Source: a virus
Taxonomy: Duplodnaviria > Caudoviricetes
Length of the DNA: 30,156 nucleotides
Strand: one strand, 5' to 3'
IMG/VR virus record: IMGVR_UViG_3300008255_000353
Coordinates: 1-30,156 of that record
Position 1 is the first letter of the stretch. Every line of letters begins with the position of its first letter. The notes under the pieces are model-generated. The model worked only from the letters and a program-made list of their open reading frames with translations, was not told where the DNA came from and did no database searches. Below, in pieces: positions 1 through 8,070 of the stretch. The translations under genes and the position numbers were made by a program.

Positions 1-2
1 GG

Positions 3-200
3 GGCGGGGAGAAGGCCGGGGACCGGCCCCAACAGTGCGCGGGGCTGATGGCGGTGTTGAGCCGTGAGGGCGAGGCCAACCAGATCATGCAGGTTGCTGA
101 GAGGATCGGGGGTGTTGAGTTCGGTGACCTTGACCCCCGGGGCGAGGCGTATGCCTCCTGGGCTGAGGTGCTTGAGGCGCATGAAGGTAAGACGGGGTGA
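3..200 (+). CDS. 3' end of a hypothetical phage protein (partial, starts before the window)
   Basis: Open frame from base 3 to TGA at 198-200: GGEKAGDRPQQCAGLMAVLSREGEANQIMQVAERIGG...AHEGKTG*. Codon usage matches the other genes. Not in the ORF track. Confidence 0.7.
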   Translation, partial: GGEKAGDRPQQCAGLMAVLSREGEANQIMQVAERIGGVEFGDLDPRGEAYASWAEVLEAHEGKTG

Positions 201-229
201 GTGGACCCGGGTGTGCGATGCCCAGCGCA

Positions 230-506
230 CCGTCTTAACTTCGGGGTGTGCCGTCTTAACTTCGGGGTGGCTGACCCATGCTAAGTTAAGACGCATAAGT
301 GTATGAGCCCAAAGGGCAATCTGTGCCCGTCTTAGGGTTCTTAACTTTCTTAGGGTGTTTCTGCTTCGCCCGGCAGGGAAGTTAAGACTGCCCTCCCCTA
401 TTTAAGTTAAGAAAGTTAAGGAAGTTAAGTTTTGCCTGGGGGGTCAACGGCTTATGCGGAACGGCTTCCCGCCTGTCTCCTGGGCTAAGTTAAGAAAGCC
501 GTTCCG
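230..506. repeat. Copy 1 of a 277-bp imperfect direct repeat (iteron-rich, origin- or pac-like element)
   Basis: Aligns without gaps to 26057-26333 (offset 25827). Identical blocks at 230-265, 365-470 and 487-506. Nine CTTAACTT/AAGTTAAG boxes. Confidence 0.97.
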
Positions 507-532
507 GTTGAGGCGCGTCCGTGGGCTGGGGA

Positions 533-561
533 TTGCCTAAATCTTGCTTTGCGCCTATTCT
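533..561 (+). promoter_or_regulatory. Sigma70-like promoter for the packaging/late operon
   Basis: TTGCCT (533-538), 17 nt, TATTCT (556-561), upstream of GGGAG and ATG 585. Confidence 0.6.
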
Positions 562-584
562 CCCGCGCACGGGAGTTTTGCCAC

Positions 585-1094
585 ATGCCACAACAAGACA
601 CGCCAAAGACACCTCAAGAGCAGTCCGGGATTGGACGGCCCTCACAGCTCACGTGGCCGGTGTTCCAGGCCATCTGTGCGCTGGTGGAGAGGACCGGGGT
701 GAAGTACGCAAGCTGCGCCGCCTACGGATTCAAGGGCAACAACGTGGTCAAGCGCATCAAGGAGCTCAAGGACCTCGGGCAGCCAGAGTGGCTTGAGCTC
801 TGGGAGGAGAGCCTGGACCTGTTCGCAGACCGCCTTGAGACAGAGATGGCCCGGCGCGCAATTGAGGGCTATGATGAGCCGGTGTTCTACAAGGGCGAGG
901 AGGTTGGCTCAATCCGCAAGCACAGCGACACCCTGGCCATCACCCTCGCCAAGGCTGTCCGCCCCGAGCGCTTCCGTGACAATATCAAGCTGGATGCCGA
1001 CATCACCGGGGGTGTGCTCCTCGTGCCCCCCAAGATGACCGTGGAGGAGTTCCTGGCTCAGGCGCAGAAGCCAGCGGAGGGCGCAGAGGAATGA
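585..1094 (+). CDS. terS: Terminase small subunit
   Basis: Motif EMARRAIEGYDEPVFYKGEEVGSIRKHSDTL...KAVRPERFRD is typical of one TerS family. First gene of the packaging operon. Start moved to ATG 585 after GGGAG. Confidence 0.75.
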   Translation: MPQQDTPKTPQEQSGIGRPSQLTWPVFQAICALVERTGVKYASCAAYGFKGNNVVKRIKELKDLGQPEWLELWEESLDLFADRLETEMARRAIEGYDEPVFYKGEEVGSIRKHSDTLAITLAKAVRPERFRDNIKLDADITGGVLLVPPKMTVEEFLAQAQKPAEGAEE

Positions 1095-1123
1095 CCGGCT
1101 GCACCCCGGGCGGGGCATAGTGG

Positions 1124-1306
1124 ATGGAGGACCCCGCACAGTGGATCGCATGGCTGAAGGCTTTGGGCGTGAACGCCCCGCTCGCATTTGTCGCATGGAA
1201 GCTCTGGGGCGAGAACAAGGCCCTGGAGAAGGAGCTGCGCGACACCCACAAGGCCCAGGCAGAGTTCTGGCGGGAAGTGGCCCGCAACGTGGAGGTCAAC
1301 AAGTGA
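1124..1306 (+). CDS. Small membrane-associated protein (60 aa), holin/antiholin-like candidate
   Basis: Hydrophobic, Trp-rich N-terminal segment followed by a charged coiled-coil-like tail. Stop overlaps the next start (GTGA). Confidence 0.7.
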   Translation: MEDPAQWIAWLKALGVNAPLAFVAWKLWGENKALEKELRDTHKAQAEFWREVARNVEVNK

Positions 1307-1488
1307 GGGGGGTTCTGCTGGATTGGTGGACAAGGCGTCACCGGGAGCTTGAGGCTGCCCGCCGGGAGAACAAGGAGGCCCGGGAGACGGTGGCCAACAA
1401 GCTGGCTGCGGCCCGGCGGAGCGGGGTCACGGTGTCCCTGAGCCGTGCTGCCCTTGAAAGGATTGCTACAAGTGAACGACATGATTGA
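1303..1488 (+). CDS. Hypothetical protein (61 aa), basic and helical
   Basis: GTG at 1303 overlaps the previous TGA. MRGVLLDWWTRRHRELEAARRE... Stop overlaps the next gene. Confidence 0.6.
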   Translation: MRGVLLDWWTRRHRELEAARRENKEARETVANKLAAARRSGVTVSLSRAALERIATSERHD

Positions 1489-1933
1489 CACAGTGACCCG
1501 CACCCTCACGGTGTCCCTCTCCATCCCTGCCCTCCTCCTGTCCTGTATGGTGCTTGTACACTGGTTCCCCGAGGCGCTCCGGGCCGTCCGGGAGCGCCGG
1601 GACGCTGCTGACTGGCTTGTCCTGGGCGTCACCGTCAGCTTCCTCGGGATCGTCATCAACATCGGGAGCTGGTCCAGCTACTGGCTGATGAGGCTCCTTG
1701 AGGTGGACCCGGAGGTGTACCGCTCCTGGGGACGCAACTCCGCCATCATCAACGTGGTGACGAGGCAGGTGGCCGTCATCGCCGCTGCCTACTGCCATCT
1801 GAAGGCATACAGCCTGTTCAGCACAGGCCGGAACCGTGACCCGTCCATCTACCTATGGTGGACCCTTGGAGCCTCAGCCCTTGCCGCCCTCGGGCTCCTC
1901 TCCCTCACTGGAAATGGAGCACCGACATGGTAG
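1481..1933 (+). CDS. Membrane protein with about four TM segments (150 aa)
   Basis: Four hydrophobic stretches (LTVSLSIPALLLSCMVLV; WLVLGVTVSFLGIVINIG; AIINVVTRQVAVIAAAY; IYLWWTLGASALAALGLLSL). ATG 1481. Confidence 0.75.
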   Translation: MIDTVTRTLTVSLSIPALLLSCMVLVHWFPEALRAVRERRDAADWLVLGVTVSFLGIVINIGSWSSYWLMRLLEVDPEVYRSWGRNSAIINVVTRQVAVIAAAYCHLKAYSLFSTGRNRDPSIYLWWTLGASALAALGLLSLTGNGAPTW

Positions 1934-2214
1934 CAGAGAACCTTGAGATCAAGCTCATGGAGCGCCGGGACAGCACCCGCTTCCTTGAGGTCCGCCTTGA
2001 GTCCCTCAACAAGCCGGGCGTCATCGCCCTGACCCAGGTGAACGACACGGGGGCGGAGGACCGCACAGCCCAGGCCGTCCTTGCCGCCGGGGGAGCGCTG
2101 GCTGAGTACCTGGGCCAGTCCTACGGGGACCAGTTCAACATGGACGACATCGCACGGGAGGCCCGGGAGCTGTACCGGGAGCTCATGAGCGACATGCGGC
2201 AGCGCCTCCACTGA
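1927..2214 (+). CDS. Hypothetical protein (95 aa)
   Basis: RBS GAAATGGAG (1911-1919) precedes ATG 1927 (MVAENLEIK...). Ends 1 nt before terL. Confidence 0.75.
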   Translation: MVAENLEIKLMERRDSTRFLEVRLESLNKPGVIALTQVNDTGAEDRTAQAVLAAGGALAEYLGQSYGDQFNMDDIAREARELYRELMSDMRQRLH

Positions 2215-2215
2215 C

Positions 2216-3652
2216 ATGGCCCTTGATGTCCCCATCGTCTGGGCACCCCAGCCCGGCTCGCAGACGCAGTTCCTGCAGTGCCCGCTCTTTGAGGTCCTCT
2301 ATGAGGGGACCCGGGGGCCGGGCAAGACGGATGCGCTGCTGATGGACTTCGCCATGGACACTGGACAGGGGTTCGGGTCAGAGTGGCGGGGCATCCTGTT
2401 CCGCAAGAGCTACCCCGAGCTTGCTGACGTGATCAGCAAGTCCAAGAAGTGGTTCAGCCGCATGCGGAACGCCCCCAAGTTCAACGAGGCGAACAGCACC
2501 TGGACCTGGCCCGGCGGTGAGCAGCTCCTCCTCCGCCACATGCGGCGCGTGGATGACTACAACGCATACCACGGCCACGCATACCCCTGGATTGGCTTTG
2601 AGGAGCTGACGACCTGGGCGACATCCGACTGCTTCACCATCATGCAGTCCTGCTGCCGCTCCACGCACCCGGACGTTGCCGTGCGTGCCCGCGTCCGGTC
2701 CACCACCAACCCCTATGGCGTGGGCCACAACTGGGTCAAGGAGCGCTACCAGCTGCCCCTGATGCGGGGACGCCCCATCATCAACTCCCGCTCCTCTGAC
2801 GGGGAGCTTGAGCCGCCCCGGATGGCCATACACGGCAACATCTATGAGAACCGCATCCTGCTGGACAGTGACCCCAACTACATCAGCCGCATCCGGGCCG
2901 CAGCGCGCAATGACGCTGAGCTCCAGGCCTGGCTCCACGGCTCCTGGGACATTGTCGCCGGGGGCATGTTCGATGACGTCTGGGACCGCAAGACCAACGT
3001 GGTGCCCAACTTCCCGGCACGGCTCATCCCCCGGGGCTGGCGCGTGGACCGGAGCCTTGACTGGGGCTCCTCCACGCCCTTCTCTGTGGGCTGGTGGCTG
3101 GAGAGCAACGGGGAGCCGATTGAGTGGGAGGGACGCCACATTGGGCCCATCCGTGGTGACCTCATCCGCTTCATGGAGTGGTATGGATGGACCGGCAAGC
3201 GCAACGAGGGCGTCAAGATGTTGCCCGACGCGGTGGCCCAGGGGATCAAGGACCGGGAGGAGGACGCTGGACTCAAGGGGCGCGTCCGCCCTGGGCCAGC
3301 TGACCACAACATTTTCACCAATGACTCCGGCCCAACGGCTGAGAGCATCATGCGTGAGAAGGGTGTGACCTGGGAGCAGGCGAACAAGGGACCTGGGAGC
3401 CGCAAGAACGGTTGGGAGGTCATGCGGCAGATGATGTCCAGCGCCCGGCCCGAGGAGGGCGAGCTGGTGCGGACCAAGCCGGGGATGTTTGTGTGCGACC
3501 GCTGCCAGCAGTTCCAGATGACCGTGCCGAGCCTTTCTCGCCTTGACCGCGACATGGATGACATAGATACTGAAGCAGAGGACCACATTGCTGATGAGAC
3601 ACGCTACCGTGTCCGGCGGCAGGACCTCACAGTGCACCGGAGGGTCCAGTGA
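2216..3652 (+). CDS. terL: Terminase large subunit
   Basis: Adenine-binding PQPGSQ, Walker A GTRGPGKT, Walker B WIGFEE, coupling motif TTNP, nuclease acidic residues (SLDWG, EDHIADE). Confidence 0.96.
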   Translation: MALDVPIVWAPQPGSQTQFLQCPLFEVLYEGTRGPGKTDALLMDFAMDTGQGFGSEWRGILFRKSYPELADVISKSKKWFSRMRNAPKFNEANSTWTWPGGEQLLLRHMRRVDDYNAYHGHAYPWIGFEELTTWATSDCFTIMQSCCRSTHPDVAVRARVRSTTNPYGVGHNWVKERYQLPLMRGRPIINSRSSDGELEPPRMAIHGNIYENRILLDSDPNYISRIRAAARNDAELQAWLHGSWDIVAGGMFDDVWDRKTNVVPNFPARLIPRGWRVDRSLDWGSSTPFSVGWWLESNGEPIEWEGRHIGPIRGDLIRFMEWYGWTGKRNEGVKMLPDAVAQGIKDREEDAGLKGRVRPGPADHNIFTNDSGPTAESIMREKGVTWEQANKGPGSRKNGWEVMRQMMSSARPEEGELVRTKPGMFVCDRCQQFQMTVPSLSRLDRDMDDIDTEAEDHIADETRYRVRRQDLTVHRRVQ

Positions 3653-5154
3653 TGGCCAACAAAGAGACAACGCCCGCAACGCCTTCCACCGCATACGGCC
3701 AGATGGCCCCCCGGTGGGGCCTGGTCAACAGCCTCCTCGGGGGCACTGAGACCATGAGGGAGGCAGGCTCAGTCCTGATGCCCAAGCACCAGGAGGAGAG
3801 TGACCCGAGCTGGGAGCGCCGGTTGGCTGGCGCAACCCTCCTCAACATGACAGAGATCACCCTGGACATGTTGGCGGGCAAGCCCTTCAGCGACCCTGTC
3901 CAGCTGGTTGATGACGCCCCGGCGCAGCACCAGGAGTGGTCAGAGGACGTGGACCTTCAGGGCAACAGCCTGGACGTGTTCGCCCGGCGCTGGTTCCGGG
4001 ACGGGCTGGCCAAGGGCCTGAGCCACGTGCTCATCGACATGCCCAAGCGGGATGAGGGGGACGGGACGGCCCGGACCCTGGCTGACGACAAGGCCAGCAA
4101 CGCCCGGCCCTACCTGCTCCACATCCCGCCTGAGTCAGTCATCTTCATGTCCGGGACCCTGGTCAACGGGCGGGAGGTCCTTGACCACGTCCGCATCAGC
4201 GAGTCAGAGGTTGTCCGGGACGGCTGGGGCGAGGCGATCCAGGAGCGCATCCGCGTGCTGGAGCCCGGCCTGGTCCAGATATGGGAGCTCAAGAAGGGCG
4301 CCCGCAAGGAGGAGTGGGTCAAGGTTGACGAGTGGGCGACTGACCTGGACTACATCCCGCTGGTGACGTTCTACACGTCCCGGCAGTCCCTCGGGGTGTC
4401 CAAGCCCCCGCTCCTGGACCTTGCCTACATGAACGTGCGCCACTGGCAGCTGGACGCAGACCTCAACAACATCATCAGCGTGGCCTGCTTCCCGATGCTG
4501 GCGATGAGCGGTGTTGACCAGAATGAGGCCGGGGACGGGGGACTGATGCGCCTGGGTCCCAACCAGATACTTGCGACCCGGAGCGAGCACGGCAAGTTCT
4601 ACTATGTGGAGCACACCGGCGCTGCCATTGAGACGGGTGAGAAGAAGCTCCAGCACCTGGAGGAGCTCATGGCCTCATACGGGGCCCAGTTCCTCAAGGA
4701 GAAGCCCGGGGACCTCAAGGCCACCGTCCGGGCGCTCGACAGTGCGGAGGCCCTCAGCCAGCTCCAGGCCATGACCCTCGTGTTCAAGGACGCCCTGGAG
4801 ACGGCCCTCATGGTCATGTCCGACTGGGCCGGGCTCGGGGACGGTGGGCCCAGCGTGGAGATGAATGTTGACTTTGGGCTGAATGACCCGGATGAGGCTG
4901 GCTGGACCGCGATTGAGAACGCCCGCAAGCGCCGGGAGATCAGCCGGGAGGCCACGATCAATGAGATGGCCCGCCGGGGCTGGCTGTCTGATGACTATGA
5001 CCAGGAGGCCGACAAGGCGCTGCTGGAGGCGGAGAGCAAGGAGCTCATGGATGCCATGGCCAAGATGGACCTGGACCCGACCGCCCCGGATGACCCCACA
5101 AACCCACCGAAACCCAAGCAGAAGGCACCGAATGATGGACAGAACGACACTTGA
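3652..5154 (+). CDS. Portal protein (DUF4055-like)
   Basis: 500 aa directly after terL (TGATG overlap). Motifs DVDLQGNSL and IPLVTFY...KPPLLDLAYMNVRHWQ are typical of this portal family. Confidence 0.92.
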   Translation: MANKETTPATPSTAYGQMAPRWGLVNSLLGGTETMREAGSVLMPKHQEESDPSWERRLAGATLLNMTEITLDMLAGKPFSDPVQLVDDAPAQHQEWSEDVDLQGNSLDVFARRWFRDGLAKGLSHVLIDMPKRDEGDGTARTLADDKASNARPYLLHIPPESVIFMSGTLVNGREVLDHVRISESEVVRDGWGEAIQERIRVLEPGLVQIWELKKGARKEEWVKVDEWATDLDYIPLVTFYTSRQSLGVSKPPLLDLAYMNVRHWQLDADLNNIISVACFPMLAMSGVDQNEAGDGGLMRLGPNQILATRSEHGKFYYVEHTGAAIETGEKKLQHLEELMASYGAQFLKEKPGDLKATVRALDSAEALSQLQAMTLVFKDALETALMVMSDWAGLGDGGPSVEMNVDFGLNDPDEAGWTAIENARKRREISREATINEMARRGWLSDDYDQEADKALLEAESKELMDAMAKMDLDPTAPDDPTNPPKPKQKAPNDGQNDT

Positions 5155-5329
5155 ACAGCTCCTCACCCACTGCATCCGCAGCAACGTCCCAGCAAGGCTG
5201 GTCCCCGTGGTGGGGAGGTCCGGCAAGATGGAGTTCTACATCCACGCCGATGGGGCCGACAGCACCACCCTGGACTTCCAGGTGACCAACAATGAGCTGA
5301 AGCCGCTGGAGCGGGCAGCCGGGGGCTGA
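5135..5329 (+). CDS. Hypothetical protein (64 aa)
   Basis: MDRTTLEQLLTHCIRS... overlaps the portal end and stops 1 nt before the next ATG. Start could be 5132. Confidence 0.6.
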   Translation: MDRTTLEQLLTHCIRSNVPARLVPVVGRSGKMEFYIHADGADSTTLDFQVTNNELKPLERAAGG

Positions 5330-5330
5330 C

Positions 5331-6929
5331 ATGACCGCCAACCAAGACCTCTTTGATGCGGCCCTACGGCACCAGGTGGCGCTCCGGCGCTACTCTGACC
5401 GCCAGCGCCGCCAGATGCTGGACCTGCTTGAGGCGGCTGACGCTGACCTTGTCGCCAAGCTGCGTGCCCGGCTCGGGGAGGCAATGGAGGGCGGGGCCAC
5501 CAACCGGCGGCTCAACGCCCTTCTGAAGGAAGTCCGGGACACCAGGAGGGCACTCATTGACTCGCTTGCTCAAGACACCACGGCAGAGATGGAGGCGCTG
5601 GCGGCTGCTGAGGCGGCATGGGAACAACAGATCATGGCGGAGGCAGTCCCGGTTGAAATGAGCACCACCGCCCTCCCCCTGGAGCGCCTGCGGGCAGCAG
5701 CGGTCAACTCCCCGATGCAGGGGAAGCGCCTCACAGACTGGTTCCGGCACCTCGGGGACGGGGACCGTGCCCGGCTGGACCAGGCTGTGCGCCTCGGGGT
5801 GGCCAACGGGGAGACGCTGGACGACATCGTGCGGAGGATCGCAGGCACCCGGGCAAACGGGTACACGGACGGCATCCTGGCCACCACCCGGCGGGAGGCA
5901 GAGACAATCGCCCGCACGGCGGTGAACCACACCTCCAACGCCGCACGCAGCGAGGTCTGGGACGCCAACCAGGACATCATCTGGGGGCTCCGCTGGACCT
6001 CCACCCTGGACGGGCGCACGAGCCCCATCTGTCAGGCCCGGGATGGTGACATTGCCGTCAACCCGGGGCGGGAGGTCCCGCCGGGGACGCCCCTGCTTGA
6101 CCCGCAGGAGGCCCGGCCCCCGGCGCACCCCAACTGCCGCTCGCTCATGGTCGCCATGCTGTCCCCGGACATGGTCATTGGTGACCGGCCCTTTGTGCGG
6201 GACGCCCGGACCCGGGAGGAGCGGGAGCGCGACTTCAGGGCCCAGGCCCGGGACGCTGACCCGGAGGCGTGGAGGGCGATGAGCCCACAGGAGCGCAATG
6301 CCGAGGTGAAGCGGGTGCGGGATGCCTGGGCTGACGAGAACATCGGCACCGTCCCAGCCTCCACCACCTATGAGGAGTGGATGCGGCGGCAGCCCGCTGA
6401 GTTCCAGGACGCGACCCTGGGCCCCTCCCGGGCGGAGATGTTCCGCAACGGGGACGTGAAGCTGGACCAGTTCACAGACGTGGGGGGCCGCACCCGGACC
6501 CTGAGCGAGCTGGACAACCTGGTGAGGGCTCCCCGAGGAGCGACCCCGGAGCTGGCACAGTCCATCCGTGACCTCCCGGCCCACCCCACCATACCCGGCG
6601 CGGTGGTGAGCCCCATTCCAGGGGCTTCCTCCCGAATGAATCGGGACGTGCGCAGCATCCCATTTGACACCCTGATGGACGCCCGGAACGGCAGGATCAG
6701 GCTGCCGGTGAGCGAGGTCCAGCTGGAGGAAGTCTACACCAACCAGCCCGAGGTTGGGCCGGAGGCCCTCCTGGGCATAGCTGCTGCGGAGCTTGATGAG
6801 CTCTTGCCCCTCCTCATTGAAGTTGAAGGGGGTTATGTTGTTGATGACGGCAACCACCGCACCGTCCTTGCCCTTCTCCGGGGTGAGCGCGCTATGCGCG
6901 CCCGCATCCTCAAGGCCCCGGACGGCTGA
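5331..6929 (+). CDS. Minor head morphogenesis protein (SPP1 gp7/MuF) with C-terminal ParB/Srx-like extension
   Basis: MuF motifs ARTAVNH, STLDGRTSPICQARDG and PPAHPNCRS. C-terminal LPLLIEVEGGYVVDDGNHRTVLALLRG resembles the ParB-like DGxHR motif. Confidence 0.9.
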   Translation: MTANQDLFDAALRHQVALRRYSDRQRRQMLDLLEAADADLVAKLRARLGEAMEGGATNRRLNALLKEVRDTRRALIDSLAQDTTAEMEALAAAEAAWEQQIMAEAVPVEMSTTALPLERLRAAAVNSPMQGKRLTDWFRHLGDGDRARLDQAVRLGVANGETLDDIVRRIAGTRANGYTDGILATTRREAETIARTAVNHTSNAARSEVWDANQDIIWGLRWTSTLDGRTSPICQARDGDIAVNPGREVPPGTPLLDPQEARPPAHPNCRSLMVAMLSPDMVIGDRPFVRDARTREERERDFRAQARDADPEAWRAMSPQERNAEVKRVRDAWADENIGTVPASTTYEEWMRRQPAEFQDATLGPSRAEMFRNGDVKLDQFTDVGGRTRTLSELDNLVRAPRGATPELAQSIRDLPAHPTIPGAVVSPIPGASSRMNRDVRSIPFDTLMDARNGRIRLPVSEVQLEEVYTNQPEVGPEALLGIAAAELDELLPLLIEVEGGYVVDDGNHRTVLALLRGERAMRARILKAPDG

Positions 6930-6935
6930 CCCACA

Positions 6936-6976
6936 CCAACGGGAGGCTTGCCCCGGGCCTCCCGTTGGGCTACAAT
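6936..6976 (+). promoter_or_regulatory. Sigma70-like promoter with its -35 inside a perfect 12-bp inverted repeat
   Basis: TTGCCC (6948-6953), 17 nt, TACAAT (6971-6976). Arms CCAACGGGAGGC (6936-6947) and GCCTCCCGTTGG (6957-6968). Confidence 0.65.
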
Positions 6977-7039
6977 GCCGGGGCGACAACTCCACCCAGG
7001 GCGACCCCGGGGTGAGCGATTCACAGGAGACAATGAATC

Positions 7040-7822
7040 ATGACAGTTCTGAAGCACGAGGTTGACGGCGACAGCTTCAACACCATCCCGGAGAACCTCC
7101 GGGGCATCTACCAGCCCGTGGAGGGCGCTGACGGCAAGTACCAGGTCCCCGAGGCGTTGCGCCCGGTGGCCGACGCCATCACCGGCCTGTTCCAGGCCAA
7201 CGGCAAGATCAGGAGCGAGAACAAGGAGCTGGCCAAGAAGGGCCAGGTGGACCTGTCCGGCCTTGAGGACTTTGGTGAGGACCTCCCCACGATCAAGGAG
7301 AAGATCAAGGAACGGATGGAGGAGCTGGAGACGGCTGCTGCTGCCGGCAAGGAGGGCAAGCTCAACGTGGACAAGGTCCGTGCTGAGATGAAGGCCGCCA
7401 TGGAGAAGGCGGTGGGCGAGGAGAAGAAGGTTCAGGACGCCCTGCGCGGCACCGTCCACAAGTACCTGGTCACCTCGGGCGCAAGCGAGGCCCTGGCTGC
7501 CGAGGGCGGCATGGTGGAGCTGGCGATGCCCTTTGTCCAGAACCAGGTCAAGGTCATGGAGAAGGATGGTGAGTTTGAAGCCGTTGTTGTCGACAGCGAC
7601 GGTGACCCCCGCATCTCTGGCGGCACCGGCCAGCCCATGACCATCCGGGAGCTGGTCAAGGAGATGAAGGGCCAGGAGAAGTATGCCCCGCTGTTCAAGA
7701 GCGAGGCCAAGGGCGGGGGCGGCGCACTGCCCGGCAAGACCGGCCAGCCCCGGGCTCCGCAGAAGGCGGACGCCACGCCGATTGACCGGATCAAGGCTGG
7801 CCTGGCCGCCCGGGCACGCTGA
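7040..7822 (+). CDS. Capsid scaffolding protein
   Basis: Charged coiled-coil protein directly upstream of the major capsid gene. PLFKSEAKGGGG linker and basic C-terminal helix. RBS AGGAG at 7025-7029. Confidence 0.85.
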   Translation: MTVLKHEVDGDSFNTIPENLRGIYQPVEGADGKYQVPEALRPVADAITGLFQANGKIRSENKELAKKGQVDLSGLEDFGEDLPTIKEKIKERMEELETAAAAGKEGKLNVDKVRAEMKAAMEKAVGEEKKVQDALRGTVHKYLVTSGASEALAAEGGMVELAMPFVQNQVKVMEKDGEFEAVVVDSDGDPRISGGTGQPMTIRELVKEMKGQEKYAPLFKSEAKGGGGALPGKTGQPRAPQKADATPIDRIKAGLAARAR

Positions 7823-7909
7823 CCCAAGCCTCGGGGCTTCCCCTCGGGGGTGCCCTGGGCTACCCTGAGAGGGTCCCCACTGTCCCGGGGACATACTGCC
7901 TCAAACTCT

Positions 7910-7944
7910 GGGCCCGGCTTCACAGCTGGGCCCCTTTTCTGTTT
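7910..7944 (+). terminator. Rho-independent terminator
   Basis: GGGCCCGGCT-TCAC-AGCTGGGCCC followed by CTTTTCTGTTT. Confidence 0.8.
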
Positions 7945-7949
7945 GGGGC

Positions 7950-7978
7950 TTGACGTCTGCCCAATTGTCGCCTATCCT
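7950..7978 (+). promoter_or_regulatory. Sigma70-like promoter for the major capsid gene
   Basis: TTGACG (7950-7955), 17 nt, TATCCT (7973-7978), immediately after the terminator. Confidence 0.7.
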
Positions 7979-8070
7979 TTGTGATCAGGCCAAACCCCTC
8001 CAGGGCGATCCAGGAGGCCCGCGTGCGATGCGCATTCAGGCTCTTTTGAAACACTCTTGGAGGATTGGAC

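Noticed and set aside
230-300. Conserved blocks with variable spacers read as a mini-CRISPR array
   Set aside because: The 21-bp unit is tandem with no spacer, the boxes switch orientation, spacers are only 12-20 nt, and no cas genes are present.
64-306. 80-aa ORF
   Set aside because: Overlaps a better-coded frame (3-200) and runs into the non-coding repeat.
1091-1126. ATG 1091 in frame with ATG 1124 across a TAG, suggesting amber recoding
   Set aside because: TAG acts as a normal stop at 1931-1933, 24593-24595 and 28225-28227, and no long gene is interrupted by TAG.
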